Shown here piece by piece: positions 18,278 to 27,821 of a DNA stretch of 64,000 bases (position 1 is its first letter; the number at the start of each line of letters is the position of its first letter). A program made the translations under genes and the position numbers. The notes below the pieces were generated by a model that had not been told where the DNA came from, searched no databases, and saw only the letters and a list, made by a program, of their open reading frames with translations. Source of the DNA: an uncultured Actinomycetes bacterium (GTDB lineage Bacteria > Actinomycetota > Thermoleophilia > RBG-16-64-13); contig CAVPLM010000003.1 of the NCBI GenBank assembly GCA_963706025.1, positions 576,001 to 640,000 of the forward strand, in the 5' to 3' direction.

Positions 18278-20568
18278 TCACCCAAGGATCATCCTGGCAT
18301 CGAGGGCAACAGCCCCCGACGGTGTCACCAGCAAGGGGTTCATCTCCACCTCAGCCACCTCCGGATGAGCTGCGGCGAAGCGCGACAGGGCTGCGGTCGC
18401 CCGCGCCGCAGCCGCCAGATCCATCGGCGGCCGGCCGCGGGCGCCGAGCAGGAGAGGAGCGCCGCGCAGCGCGCGCAGAAGCCTCATCCCTTGCTCCTCA
18501 TCCACCGGCGCCAGGGCTGTGCGGACGTCGGTGAGTAGCTCGGCGTACACACCCCCGATGCCGACCAGCAGGATCGGACCAAAGCGGGTATCGCGTTTGC
18601 AGCCCACTATGAGCTCCACACCCTCGTGCACGGGCGCCATCAGCTCTACGGTGACCGCCGTGACGGCCAGGTGGCCGATCATTCGCGACACCGCCTGAGT
18701 GACCGCGGGTTCGCTTTCCAGGCCGAGAGCGACCCCGCCTTGGTCGGACTTATGGACAAGGCCCATCGCCTTCACGGCGACCGGGAACCCAAGGGCGCGA
18801 GCAGCCTCCGCGGCAGCTGCGGGAAGAGCGTCGGGCTCGGCAGACCGCACAAGCTGCGCGGGCGCGAACTCGATCCCTTCTGCCTCCAGTGCTCCCCGCG
18901 CCGTCCAGTAGTCGAGCGCCTCACCCCGGCCCGACCGCGCATCGGGGGCAGGTGCGACGTCCCGAAGAGCCGTCGCGTCGCCAAGAGCCGTCGCGTCGGG
19001 AAGAGGCGGGGCGTCGCGGAGAGGCGCGGCCCGAGGTGGGATATCCGGCACGCCCCAGGCTTCGTGACCTGCGTGATCGGCCAATCGGGCAAGCACTGTC
19101 GTCGCCGACGCCATCTCCCGGTACACGGGCACACCCTCGGCCAAGAGCGCCTGTGCCGGTGCGGCATCCGGGTAGACCGTGGCGACGAGCAAGGGGATCT
19201 GCGCGTGCCGTGCCGCCTGAGCCATGAGTCGCGCGCTCTCGATCTCGGCCGATACCAGGGCTTCGAACTCGGGGAATCGTGCAGCCCAGTAGCCGAGCTG
19301 GCCGACGGCAAGGACCGCGTCGACCTCACCCGACTCGGCGACCACCGGAACGACACGCGCGTATGCATCCGGATCCGTCGTACCGATGGCGAAATCGATG
19401 GGATTCACGCCCACACTGGCCGGGTGCGCCATGCGCACCCGTTCCCGGGTCGCGGCCGACAAGGGTGGGACCTCAAGACCGGCGGCGCCGGCACAGTCTG
19501 CCGCGCAGGCCCCATGTCCACCGCCCTCGGTCACGATGCCCACCCGCCGGCCCGCCGGCAGCCTGCCGCCGGGCTTCAGTCTCGTGGTGTGAAGGAAACC
19601 CAGTGTCGTCTCGAACAGCTGCGCCGGGTCGTCGACGCGGACCGCCCCGGTGGCTCTGCAGACTGCGTCGAGGACCGCCGAGTCAGGTGCCAAGGAACCG
19701 GTGTGAGAGCGGGCCGCGCGCGCGCTGGCTTCGCTGCGCCCCGGCGCAAGGAGAAGCACCGGCTTGCCGGCGGCGACCACGTCGGCGGCAGCGCGGGCGA
19801 AATCACGACCATCCTTGAGCTCCTCCACATAGACGACCACGACTTTGGTCGGCTCGTGGTCGCGATAGCTCCAAAGGACTTGCGCTATGGTCACGTCCGC
19901 CTGGTTGCCCAAGGTGACGTATCGGGAGAAGCCGATGCCGGCTGCGCGCGCCCGCATGGTGAACTCCTCTCCCATGGCCCCGCTCTGAGAGATGAAGCCG
20001 ACCTGGCCGGCCGGGATGTCGAGGTAGGCTACCCCTTGAAAGGCGACGCTCGTGTCGGCTACCCCCATGCAGTTGGGACCGATCATGAGGGCTCCACGCC
20101 CGTGGATCTGCTTCACCGCCGCAGCTTCGCGCGCCTTGCCCTCCTCGTTCGCCTCGCCCAGGCCTGCGAAGATGGCGACCAGGGCTTTGGCGCCGAGGGC
20201 AAGCGCCTCGTCCAGCGTCGCCTCGAATGCCTTTGCGGGAATGGCGAGCATCACCATCTCAGGCTCTTCCGGCAGCTCGGACAGAGACACGTAGGCGCGA
20301 CGGCCCTGGATCGTGCCGCCTTTAGAGTTCACGAAATAGACCGGCCGCCGTTTCTCGTTACGGACAAGCCGCGCGGCGATGTCACCGCCCCACTTGGAGG
20401 CATCGGCCGACGCACCCACCACGGCCAGAGAGCGAGGGTCGAAGAGCGCGGTCAGGTCCCGCGGGATGAGGCGGGTGTCCCCGGGGGTCGTCCCCGAGGT
20501 GTGTCGGCATGGCCGGCGACCGGCCCCTCGGTCGTCGAGTCATCTCGCTCAGCCCGTTCGGAGATCAC
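18278..20568 (-). CDS. ADP-forming acyl-CoA synthetase (ACD, alpha-beta fusion); frameshift near 20460
   Basis: [28 protein letters not shown] (phospho-His), HKSD, FGP, EMNPL motifs; GTG 20568 overlaps the BKACE stop but is out of frame with the body. Confidence 0.85.
18950..19030. repeat. short 18-bp tandem units in the ACD alpha-beta linker
   Basis: GAGCCGTCGCGTCGCCAA / GAGCCGTCGCGTCGGGAA / GAGGCGGGGCGTCGCGGA; protein [24 protein letters not shown]. Confidence 0.65.
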
Positions 20569-21431
20569 CCCAGCTTCAGCCTTTCGCGAGCCTCGTCCGC
20601 CGAGACCGCACGAGCTCCCAGACTCTCGATGATGCCGACCGCCCGCTCCACCAGCTCCCCATTGCTCGCCGGGACACCCTTTGCCACATAGAGGTTGTCC
20701 TCGAGGCCGACGCGCACGTTGCCCCCGAGCAGGATCGCTTGGGCGACCATCGGCATCTGCATGCGCCCGACACCGAAGCCGGACCACAACGAGCCCCTGG
20801 GGAGCTCGTCGGCAAGGGCTTTCATCGTGCTGGTAGAAGCCGGAGTCGACCAGGGTATGCCCAGACACAGCTGGAACCAGGGCGGATCGTCGATCAGCCC
20901 TTCCACGATGAGCTGCTTCGCGATGGTGAGGCCTCCAAAATCGAAGACCTCGATCTCCGGTTTGACTCCCAGCTCTTGAATGCGTCGCGCCATCTTACGG
21001 ACCATCTCGGTGGTGTAGATCTGAACGAGCTGTTCGGAGAAGGCGACCGCCCCGCAGTCAAGAGAGCATATCTCCGGGCGTAGCTCTTCAACATGGGTTA
21101 TCCGCTCGAGGGCGGGGACGAAGTCGGTCCCGGCGCCGAACCGAGAAAGATCCGCGTCGTCAAAGACGACATCTCCGCCCATGCCGGTCGTGAGGTTGAT
21201 AACCATATCAACGCTACTCGACCGGATGAGTTCGACCGTTTCCCGGTAGTACGCTACTTCGCGCGAGGGTGCTCCGGTGATAGGGTCCCTGACATGGAGA
21301 TGGACGATCGCCGCGCCCGCCTCCGCAGCCTCGATCGCCGCGTCTGCTATCTCTCGGGGCGTCTTCGGTCGATGCAGGGCTGGTTCACCGGCACCCGTTA
21401 CTGCGCAAGAAACGATGACTTCGCGATTCAA
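20565..21431 (-). CDS. beta-keto acid cleavage enzyme (BKACE/Kce, CdhC-like)
   Basis: [43 protein letters not shown] motifs; TTG start after AGGAGG. Confidence 0.9.
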   Translation of the reverse strand: MNREVIVSCAVTGAGEPALHRPKTPREIADAAIEAAEAGAAIVHLHVRDPITGAPSREVAYYRETVELIRSSSVDMVINLTTGMGGDVVFDDADLSRFGAGTDFVPALERITHVEELRPEICSLDCGAVAFSEQLVQIYTTEMVRKMARRIQELGVKPEIEVFDFGGLTIAKQLIVEGLIDDPPWFQLCLGIPWSTPASTSTMKALADELPRGSLWSGFGVGRMQMPMVAQAILLGGNVRVGLEDNLYVAKGVPASNGELVERAVGIIESLGARAVSADEARERLKLG

Positions 21432-21637
21432 TGCGCCGCCTCCTTTCCTCAACGCACCTAGCCGATCCCCGGTGAGCTGAGATTACTACACTCACCCAAG
21501 GCCTGCTCTGGGCCGGGCTCCCTGGCCCACGCTCTCGGGCAGCCCCTCCAGCGTCACCCCCGCATCCGACAGCAGGATGAAGATCACCCCGCAGTCCGCG
21601 TACAGAAAGAGGCGCCGATCATCCGGGTCGACCTCGC

Positions 21638-22045
21638 TCAGGACTTAGCCTTCACCGCCAGAACGGGGCAGTTCGCGTTGAGCAAGATCTCTTGGGCGTT
21701 GCTGCCTACGAGCAGCTTGCCGGTACGCGATCGGCGACGAAGGCCGATCACGATCATGTCCGCCCCTTCCTCGGAAACGACCTGGATGAGATCCTCAGCA
21801 GGAGACAGCCCGCGGATCAAACGGCGGATGACATGGGGAATGCCCGCTTCGGTGAGCCGCTGCTCGATCTTGTCCAGCTCCTTCCGATGAGCCAGTATCT
21901 CTTCTTCCTCGGCCTCCATGCTGCGGCCACCCTTGATCGAGTGGACCACGACTATCTCTGTGTCGTGCCGCTTGGCTTCCTCGACGGCCCACTCCAGCGC
22001 TGCCCTGCCCTCGTCTGTCATGACGTAACCGACTACGATCTTCAT
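21638..22045 (-). CDS. universal stress protein
   Basis: MKIVVG, ADMIVIG.RRRS..GKLLVGS...ILL.A.CPVLAV motifs. Confidence 0.93.
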   Translation of the reverse strand: MKIVVGYVMTDEGRAALEWAVEEAKRHDTEIVVVHSIKGGRSMEAEEEEILAHRKELDKIEQRLTEAGIPHVIRRLIRGLSPAEDLIQVVSEEGADMIVIGLRRRSRTGKLLVGSNAQEILLNANCPVLAVKAKS

Positions 22046-22191
22046 CCCTGCACCTCGCTCGTTGATCGACGGATTCGACGCTAGCATCTCACGATGGGCC
22101 GGGCAATAGGTTCCTTCTCGGCCGATCCCGGCGTCCGCGCATCTCTGCGGGGATCAAAGCTGCGGCTACGATCCCCGACCACGCTTTCTGT

Positions 22192-22218
22192 GTGCACGAA
22201 AACAGTGTACACTTGACA
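22192..22218 (+). promoter_or_regulatory. possible TA promoter/operator
   Basis: GTGCAC and AGTGTACACT palindromes abutting TTGACA upstream of the antitoxin. Confidence 0.4.
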
Positions 22219-22254
22219 GGACCAGGCTTGCGACAGACAGGCAGGTGATCGCCC

Positions 22255-22475
22255 GTGCTGAAGAACATCACCCTGAGCGCCGACGAGCGACTCATCGCCC
22301 TCGCCCGAGAGGAGGCTGAACGGCGCGGCACCACCCTTAACGCTGAGTTTCGCTGTGGTTGGCGGCTTTTGTGGAGCAGGAGCGAGCGGCCTCCGGCTAC
22401 CAGGAACTGATGGCACGTCTGGGATATGCTCGCCCGGGGCGTCGCTTCACTCGGGAGGAACTAAATGAGCGCTAG
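22255..22475 (+). CDS. RHH-type antitoxin (VapB-like), one frameshift near 22352; absent from the ORF track
   Basis: MLKNITLSADERLIALAREEAERRGTTLNAEFR / LWLAAF...RRFTREELNER*, overlapping the PIN gene start. Confidence 0.75.
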
Positions 22476-22899
22476 TGCTGCCAGGTTCTTCCTCGACACC
22501 AACATCTTCGTCTACACGTTCGAGGAGACATCGTCGATCCGGAGGGCGAAAGCCCGCGAATTGGTCGAGATGGCTTTGACTACGGGCCTGGGGGTGGTGA
22601 GCCATCAGGTGGTCCAGGAGTTCCTGAACGTAGCTACAAGCAAGTTCGCCGTGCCTCTGAGCCCCGCCGAGTGTCGCACTTATCTGGAGCAGGTTCTCAC
22701 TCCCTTGTGGCGGGTATGGCCCAACGCGGCCCTCTGTCTTCGCGCGTTGGAGGTACGGGAGCGCTCCGGATACGGTTTCTATGACAGCCTGATCGTAGCT
22801 GCCGCTCTGGCCGCCGGCTGCCGCACCCTCTACACCCAGGATCTGCAGCATGGAAGGCGCTTCGACTCACTGACGGTGGTCGATCCTTTTGCCGGATAG
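22465..22899 (+). CDS. vapC: PIN-domain toxin (VapC)
   Basis: FLDTNIFVY, QVVQEF, FYDSLIVAAA, LYTQDL motifs. Confidence 0.9.
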   Translation: MSASAARFFLDTNIFVYTFEETSSIRRAKARELVEMALTTGLGVVSHQVVQEFLNVATSKFAVPLSPAECRTYLEQVLTPLWRVWPNAALCLRALEVRERSGYGFYDSLIVAAALAAGCRTLYTQDLQHGRRFDSLTVVDPFAG

Positions 22900-23043
22900 G
22901 CTGGGGCGAGCGAATCACGCCCCGGGGCTCTCTGGTGTGAGGCAGCACCCGCCTTGTCTACTCGCATGGCTCGTCACGCCGCGAAATCTCGGCCGGCGTT
23001 CTCGGTATAATGAAGGGTCCGATTAAGAGAACAACTCGCGCAT

Positions 23044-23060
23044 CTTTGCAGCTTTCTTAC
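23044..23060 (+). promoter_or_regulatory. possible KdpE-binding site
   Basis: CTTTGCAGCTTTCTTAC, T-rich and similar to the E. coli KdpE box, upstream of the kdp operon. Confidence 0.4.
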
Positions 23061-23141
23061 TGAGTACGATTCCCTCCCGACGCCTTTTCAACGTCCCTAG
23101 TGCTTACCTAGAGAGTGAAACGAGTTGAGGGGGATGGCCGG

Positions 23142-23222
23142 GTGGATGCCATCGTTATGATCGTCACAGTCACCTTCTTCGCCCTGTCTTGGGGACTTGC
23201 ACTGACCCTTCAGCGCCTGTAG
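23142..23222 (+). CDS. 26-aa hydrophobic peptide upstream of kdpF (KdpZ/KdpG-like)
   Basis: MDAIVMIVTVTFFALSWGLALTLQRL*, a single TM helix, after a GAGGGG RBS. Confidence 0.6.
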   Translation: MDAIVMIVTVTFFALSWGLALTLQRL

Positions 23223-23266
23223 GTGGCCTCCGGCGATCGTCTTGGGAAGAGAGTTCGAGGAATAGC

Positions 23267-23350
23267 ATGCTCATTGTGAGCGCCATCGTGGCAGCGATCT
23301 TGTTTGGATACCTGGTCTATGCCCTGATACGGCCGGAGAAGTTGGGATGA
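23267..23350 (+). CDS. kdpF: K+-ATPase subunit F
   Basis: MLIVSAIVAAILFGYLVYALIRPEKLG*, with YL.YAL.RPE motif; ATGA overlap with kdpA. Confidence 0.88.
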   Translation: MLIVSAIVAAILFGYLVYALIRPEKLG

Positions 23351-25104
23351 GCGGTCAGGGCTGGTTACAGATCGTCCTGTTCCTGGGCGTGGTCCTGCTG
23401 CTGGTACGACCTCTTGGCGCCTACATGGCCAGGGTCTTCGAAGGTAGGTCGATCTTCGGAATGGACCGTGCGCTGCACCCGGTGGAGAAGCTCATCTACA
23501 GGGTCGGCGGCATAGATCCGAAGAGCGAGATGAGCTGGAAGAGATACGCTGCGAGCGTCCTCGTTTTCAGTTTGGTGGGTTTTATCCTCCTCTACCTATT
23601 GCAACGCGTACAAGGGTGGTTACCCGGCGGCCCTGAGGGGCTGGAGAACATCAAGCCGGGCCTGGCCTTCAACACCGCGATCAGCTTCGTCACCAACACC
23701 AACTGGCAGGCCTACGGTGGCGAGACCACCATGAAGTATTTCACCCAGATGGCGGGTCTGACGGTGCAGAACTTCGTTTCCGCGGGCACCGGGATAGCCG
23801 TGGTGATCGCGTTCATCCGCGGCTTTTCTCGCCGCACGACCGACCGGTTGGGAAACTTCTGGGTGGATCTGACCCGAGCCACTCTCTATGTGTTGCTGCC
23901 CCTCTCCTTCGTCCTCGCCATCGTGTTGGTGTCGCAAGGAGTCGTCCAGACGCTCGGCACGTCACAAGAGGTACAACTGGTGCAGCCGTACGTCACCGCG
24001 GACGGTCAGGCGGTCACCTCTCAGACGATCGCGGTCGGTCCTGCGGCCTCGCAGATCGCCATCAAGCAACTGGGAACGAATGGAGGGGGCTTCTTCAACA
24101 CAAACTCGGCGCATCCGTTTGAGAACCCCACGCCGCTCACCAACTTCTTGGAGCTGGTGTCGATAATCCTCATCCCCGCGGCGCTCTGTTATACGTTCGG
24201 ACGCATGGTGGGCAACACCAGACAGGGCTGGGTTGTTTTGGCCGCCATGATGATCATCCTGCTGGGGATGATCAGCGCCGCCTACTACTTCGAGCAACAG
24301 GGCGTGCCCCAGGTGGCGCAGCTGGGAACGGACCTCAATGCCGCCGGCGGAACCACGACCGCTCAGCCTGGAGGCAACATGGAGGGCAAGGAGGTGCGTT
24401 TCGGTATCGCCAACTCGGCGGCTTGGGCCGGCGCGACCACAGGCGCCTCGAACGGGTCGGTAAACAGCATGCACGACTCGTTCACACCCTTGGGAGGGCT
24501 CGTGCCCCTGGTCTTGATCCAGTTGGGTGAGGTGGTGTTTGGTGGGGTAGGCTCCGGGCTGTATGGGATGCTGGTCTTTGCCATCTTGGCGGTCTTCATA
24601 GCCGGTCTCATGGTGGGTCGCACGCCCGAGTACCTGGGCAAGAAGATCGAGACGTACGAGATGAAGATGGCCTCCCTGATCATTCTCATCCCGGTCATCG
24701 CCATCCTGGTGGGCACCATGATCGGCGTGGCGACCGACGCGGGACGATCCAGCATAGCCAACCCCGGCGCTCACGGCCTGAGTGAAGTCCTCTACGCGTT
24801 CACGTCGGCGGTGGGCAACAACGGCAGTGCTTTTGCGGGCCTTTCCGCCAATACCACCTTCTACAACATCGCCCTGGGGATCTGCATGCTGATCGGGCGT
24901 TTCTGGATCCTCATCCCCACTTTGGCCTTGGCCGGATCGCTGGCCAAGAAGAAGCACGTTCCTGCCGGCGCGGGGACACTGCGGACGGACGGCCCCGTGT
25001 TCATCGGCCTCCTCATCGCGGTGGTGGTCGTGGTCGGAGCGCTGAGCTTCCTGCCGGCTCTGGCTCTGGGACCGATCGTGGAACACCTGATCATGGTCCG
25101 TTGA
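23347..25104 (+). CDS. kdpA: K+-ATPase subunit A
   Basis: TNTNWQ.Y, KQLGTNGGGF, SNGSVNSMHD, GRTPEYLGKK, NNGSAFAG motifs. Confidence 0.98.
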   Translation: MSGQGWLQIVLFLGVVLLLVRPLGAYMARVFEGRSIFGMDRALHPVEKLIYRVGGIDPKSEMSWKRYAASVLVFSLVGFILLYLLQRVQGWLPGGPEGLENIKPGLAFNTAISFVTNTNWQAYGGETTMKYFTQMAGLTVQNFVSAGTGIAVVIAFIRGFSRRTTDRLGNFWVDLTRATLYVLLPLSFVLAIVLVSQGVVQTLGTSQEVQLVQPYVTADGQAVTSQTIAVGPAASQIAIKQLGTNGGGFFNTNSAHPFENPTPLTNFLELVSIILIPAALCYTFGRMVGNTRQGWVVLAAMMIILLGMISAAYYFEQQGVPQVAQLGTDLNAAGGTTTAQPGGNMEGKEVRFGIANSAAWAGATTGASNGSVNSMHDSFTPLGGLVPLVLIQLGEVVFGGVGSGLYGMLVFAILAVFIAGLMVGRTPEYLGKKIETYEMKMASLIILIPVIAILVGTMIGVATDAGRSSIANPGAHGLSEVLYAFTSAVGNNGSAFAGLSANTTFYNIALGICMLIGRFWILIPTLALAGSLAKKKHVPAGAGTLRTDGPVFIGLLIAVVVVVGALSFLPALALGPIVEHLIMVR

Positions 25105-25119
25105 GAGAGAGGGCACCTC

Positions 25120-27225
25120 ATGACTGCGAACACCCGCGATCTCCAGCAGACCCCCAGGCTTTCCCAGCCGGAGAAGCACTCGTTCGATTGGCGCCTGACG
25201 GGAGCTGCCACAGTTGACGCGCTTAGGAAGCTCAACCCCCAGATGCAGCTACGTAACCCGGTTATGTTTGTGGTGTGGGTCGGGGCTTTGCTGACTTTCG
25301 TATTGTTCATCGAGGCCGCGGCCGGCTCTGGGGAGGCTTCTCCCGGCTTCATCCTGGTTATCTCCCTGCTCTTGTGGTTCACGGTCATCTTCGCCAACTT
25401 CGCCGAGGCGCTCGCGGAAGGCCGCGGCAAGGCCCAGGCCGACAGTCTGCGAAGGGCGCGCAAGGATGTTGTCGCCACCAGGCTGACAGACGCCCGCCGC
25501 GACGCACGCGGCGAGCCGGTCTCCTCGTCGGTGCTCACGCGGGGGGATCTGGTGCTTGTCCAGGCGGGGGAGTTCATACCGGCCGACGGCGAGGTGGTCG
25601 TGGGCGCGGCATCGGTGGATGAGAGTGCCATCACCGGGGAGAGCGCGCCCGTGATCCGCGAGAGCGGAGGCGACCGCAGTGCCGTCACCGGGGGGACCAG
25701 AGTCCTATCCGACTGGCTGATAGTGCGCGTGACCGCGCAACCGGGAGAGACGTTCCTCGATCGGATGATCGCCATGGTGGAAGGCGCCAAGAGGCAGAAG
25801 ACCCCCAACGAGATCGCTCTCAACATCCTGCTGGCGGCGCTCACCATCATCTTCCTGGTCGTGGTGGTCTCGCTGCAGCCGATGTCCCAGTACAGCGTGG
25901 ACGCTGCGGGAGAGGGAGAAGTGGTGTCGATCACCATCCTTGTGGCTCTGCTGGTGTGCCTGGCCCCCACGACCATTGGAGCTTTGCTGTCCGCGATCGG
26001 TATCGCCGGCATGAACCGGCTGAGCAGGGCGAATGTGGTGGCTATGTCCGGCCGGGCGGTAGAGGCCGCCGGCGACGTAGACGTGTTGCTCCTCGACAAG
26101 ACCGGCACCATCACTCTTGGCAACCGTCAGGCAACGGAGTTCGTGCCGGCGCCTGGAGTCGACATCAGCGAACTCGCGGATGCCGCCCAATTGGCCTCCT
26201 TGGCCGACGAGACACCCGAGGGTCGTAGCATCGTGGTCTTGGCCAAGAGCCAATACGGTCTTCGCGGGCGCGAACTCGGCGGCCTTGGCGCTACGTTTGT
26301 GCCGTTCACGGCCCAGACCCGCATGAGCGGAGTCGATCTGGACGGCCGGCGCATCCGAAAGGGCGCGGCGGACGCCGTGGAAGACTACGTGAGAGGCCAG
26401 GGCGGTTCTATTCCCGGCCCAGTAGTCGACGAGGTGGATGCCATCGCCCGGCAGGGAGGCACCCCGCTCGTGGTGGCCGACGGAGCGCAGATCCTGGGAG
26501 TCATCCAACTCAAGGATATCGTCAAAGGTGGGATCCGTGAGCGTTTTCACGATCTGCGACGCATGGGCATAAAGACGGTCATGATCACCGGCGATAACCC
26601 AGTTACCGCGGCATCGATCGCCGCTGAAGCAGGTGTGGATGACTTCCTGGCCGAGGCGACTCCGGAGGCCAAACTCGCGCTCATCCGGCAGTATCAGGCG
26701 GACGGGCATCTGGTGGCCATGACTGGGGACGGCACCAACGACGCGCCGGCCCTGGCTCAGGCCGACGTCGCCGTGGCCATGAACACCGGTACGCAAGCGG
26801 CCAAAGAAGCCGGCAACATGGTCGACCTGGATTCTAATCCCACGAAGCTGCTCGAGATCGTCCACATCGGCAAGCAGACACTCATGACCAGAGGTTCACT
26901 AACCACCTTCAGCATCGCCAACGACATCGCCAAGTATTTCGCCATAATCCCGGCAGCCTTCGCCGCTACCTATCCCCAACTGAATGCCCTCAACGTGATG
27001 CGACTCACTACTCCCCAGAGCGCGGTGCTCTCGGCGGTTATCTTCAACGCCATCGTCATTGTCTTTCTCATCCCTCTGGCCCTGCGAGGGGTCAAGTACA
27101 CTCCTCGCCCCGCCACCCAGCTGCTACGCAACAACCTGCTCATATACGGGCTGGGCGGACTTGTAGTGCCGTTCGCCGGTATCAAGATCATCGACCTCCT
27201 GCTGCATGCACTCGGCCTCGTGTGA
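25120..27225 (+). CDS. kdpB: K+-ATPase subunit B (P-type ATPase)
   Basis: [25 protein letters not shown] motifs. Confidence 0.98.
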   Translation: MTANTRDLQQTPRLSQPEKHSFDWRLTGAATVDALRKLNPQMQLRNPVMFVVWVGALLTFVLFIEAAAGSGEASPGFILVISLLLWFTVIFANFAEALAEGRGKAQADSLRRARKDVVATRLTDARRDARGEPVSSSVLTRGDLVLVQAGEFIPADGEVVVGAASVDESAITGESAPVIRESGGDRSAVTGGTRVLSDWLIVRVTAQPGETFLDRMIAMVEGAKRQKTPNEIALNILLAALTIIFLVVVVSLQPMSQYSVDAAGEGEVVSITILVALLVCLAPTTIGALLSAIGIAGMNRLSRANVVAMSGRAVEAAGDVDVLLLDKTGTITLGNRQATEFVPAPGVDISELADAAQLASLADETPEGRSIVVLAKSQYGLRGRELGGLGATFVPFTAQTRMSGVDLDGRRIRKGAADAVEDYVRGQGGSIPGPVVDEVDAIARQGGTPLVVADGAQILGVIQLKDIVKGGIRERFHDLRRMGIKTVMITGDNPVTAASIAAEAGVDDFLAEATPEAKLALIRQYQADGHLVAMTGDGTNDAPALAQADVAVAMNTGTQAAKEAGNMVDLDSNPTKLLEIVHIGKQTLMTRGSLTTFSIANDIAKYFAIIPAAFAATYPQLNALNVMRLTTPQSAVLSAVIFNAIVIVFLIPLALRGVKYTPRPATQLLRNNLLIYGLGGLVVPFAGIKIIDLLLHALGLV

Positions 27226-27236
27226 GGGGATGTACT

Positions 27237-27815
27237 ATGCTCAAGATGCTCAGACAAAGCGTGGTGGCCCTGGTGGTGTTGGGGGTTATCGTGGGAGTGG
27301 TATATCCACTGGCGGTCACCGGGGTATCGCAGGCGTTCTTCTCCCACAAGGCCGGGGGCAGCATGATCGTCCAGGACGCCAAGATCGTCGGCTCGGAGCT
27401 GATCGGCCAGCCGTTCAGCGACCCCGGGTACTTCTGGTCTCGCCCCTCGGCGACGGCGCCGATCCCCTACAATGCAGCCGCGTCTTCGGGCTCCAACCTG
27501 GGTCCCACCAATCCCGCGCTTCTGAAGGCCGTGGAAGAACGCATCCAGGTTCTCCGCGCCACGGATCCCGGCAGCATCGAGCCGGTGCCGGTCGATCTGA
27601 TCACGTCTTCGGGCAGTGGCCTCGATCCTCACATCAGTCCCGCGGCGACCGAGTATCAGGTGGAGCGCGTGGCCAGGGCGAGAGGGATGACGGCGGAGGC
27701 GGTCCGCGCTCTCGTGGCGGAGCACACGAAAGGCCGGCTATGGGGCGTCTTCGGCGAGCCCCGGGTGAGTGTGTTGGCGCTGAACCTGGCGCTCGACGAA
27801 CTATCAGAGCGGTGA
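27237..27815 (+). CDS. kdpC: K+-ATPase subunit C
   Basis: GSELIGQPF, YFWSRPSA, SGSNLGP, SGSGLDPHIS motifs. Confidence 0.97.
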   Translation: MLKMLRQSVVALVVLGVIVGVVYPLAVTGVSQAFFSHKAGGSMIVQDAKIVGSELIGQPFSDPGYFWSRPSATAPIPYNAAASSGSNLGPTNPALLKAVEERIQVLRATDPGSIEPVPVDLITSSGSGLDPHISPAATEYQVERVARARGMTAEAVRALVAEHTKGRLWGVFGEPRVSVLALNLALDELSER

Positions 27816-27821
27816 GTCGAC

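Noticed and set aside
18626-20632. Long antisense or alternative-frame ORFs (also 23962-25179, 28353-29846, 55887-57503 and many others)
   Set aside because: Shadow ORFs of well-supported genes in high-GC DNA; no motifs
21490-21642. Coding-like fragment LSEVDPDDRRLFLYADCGVIFILL downstream of the USP gene
   Set aside because: No start or RBS and no identifiable homolog; cannot be supported
22900-23140. c-di-AMP riboswitch before kdp, and cobalamin riboswitches before the B12-related genes
   Set aside because: I could not find the consensus elements by eye; an Rfam scan would be needed
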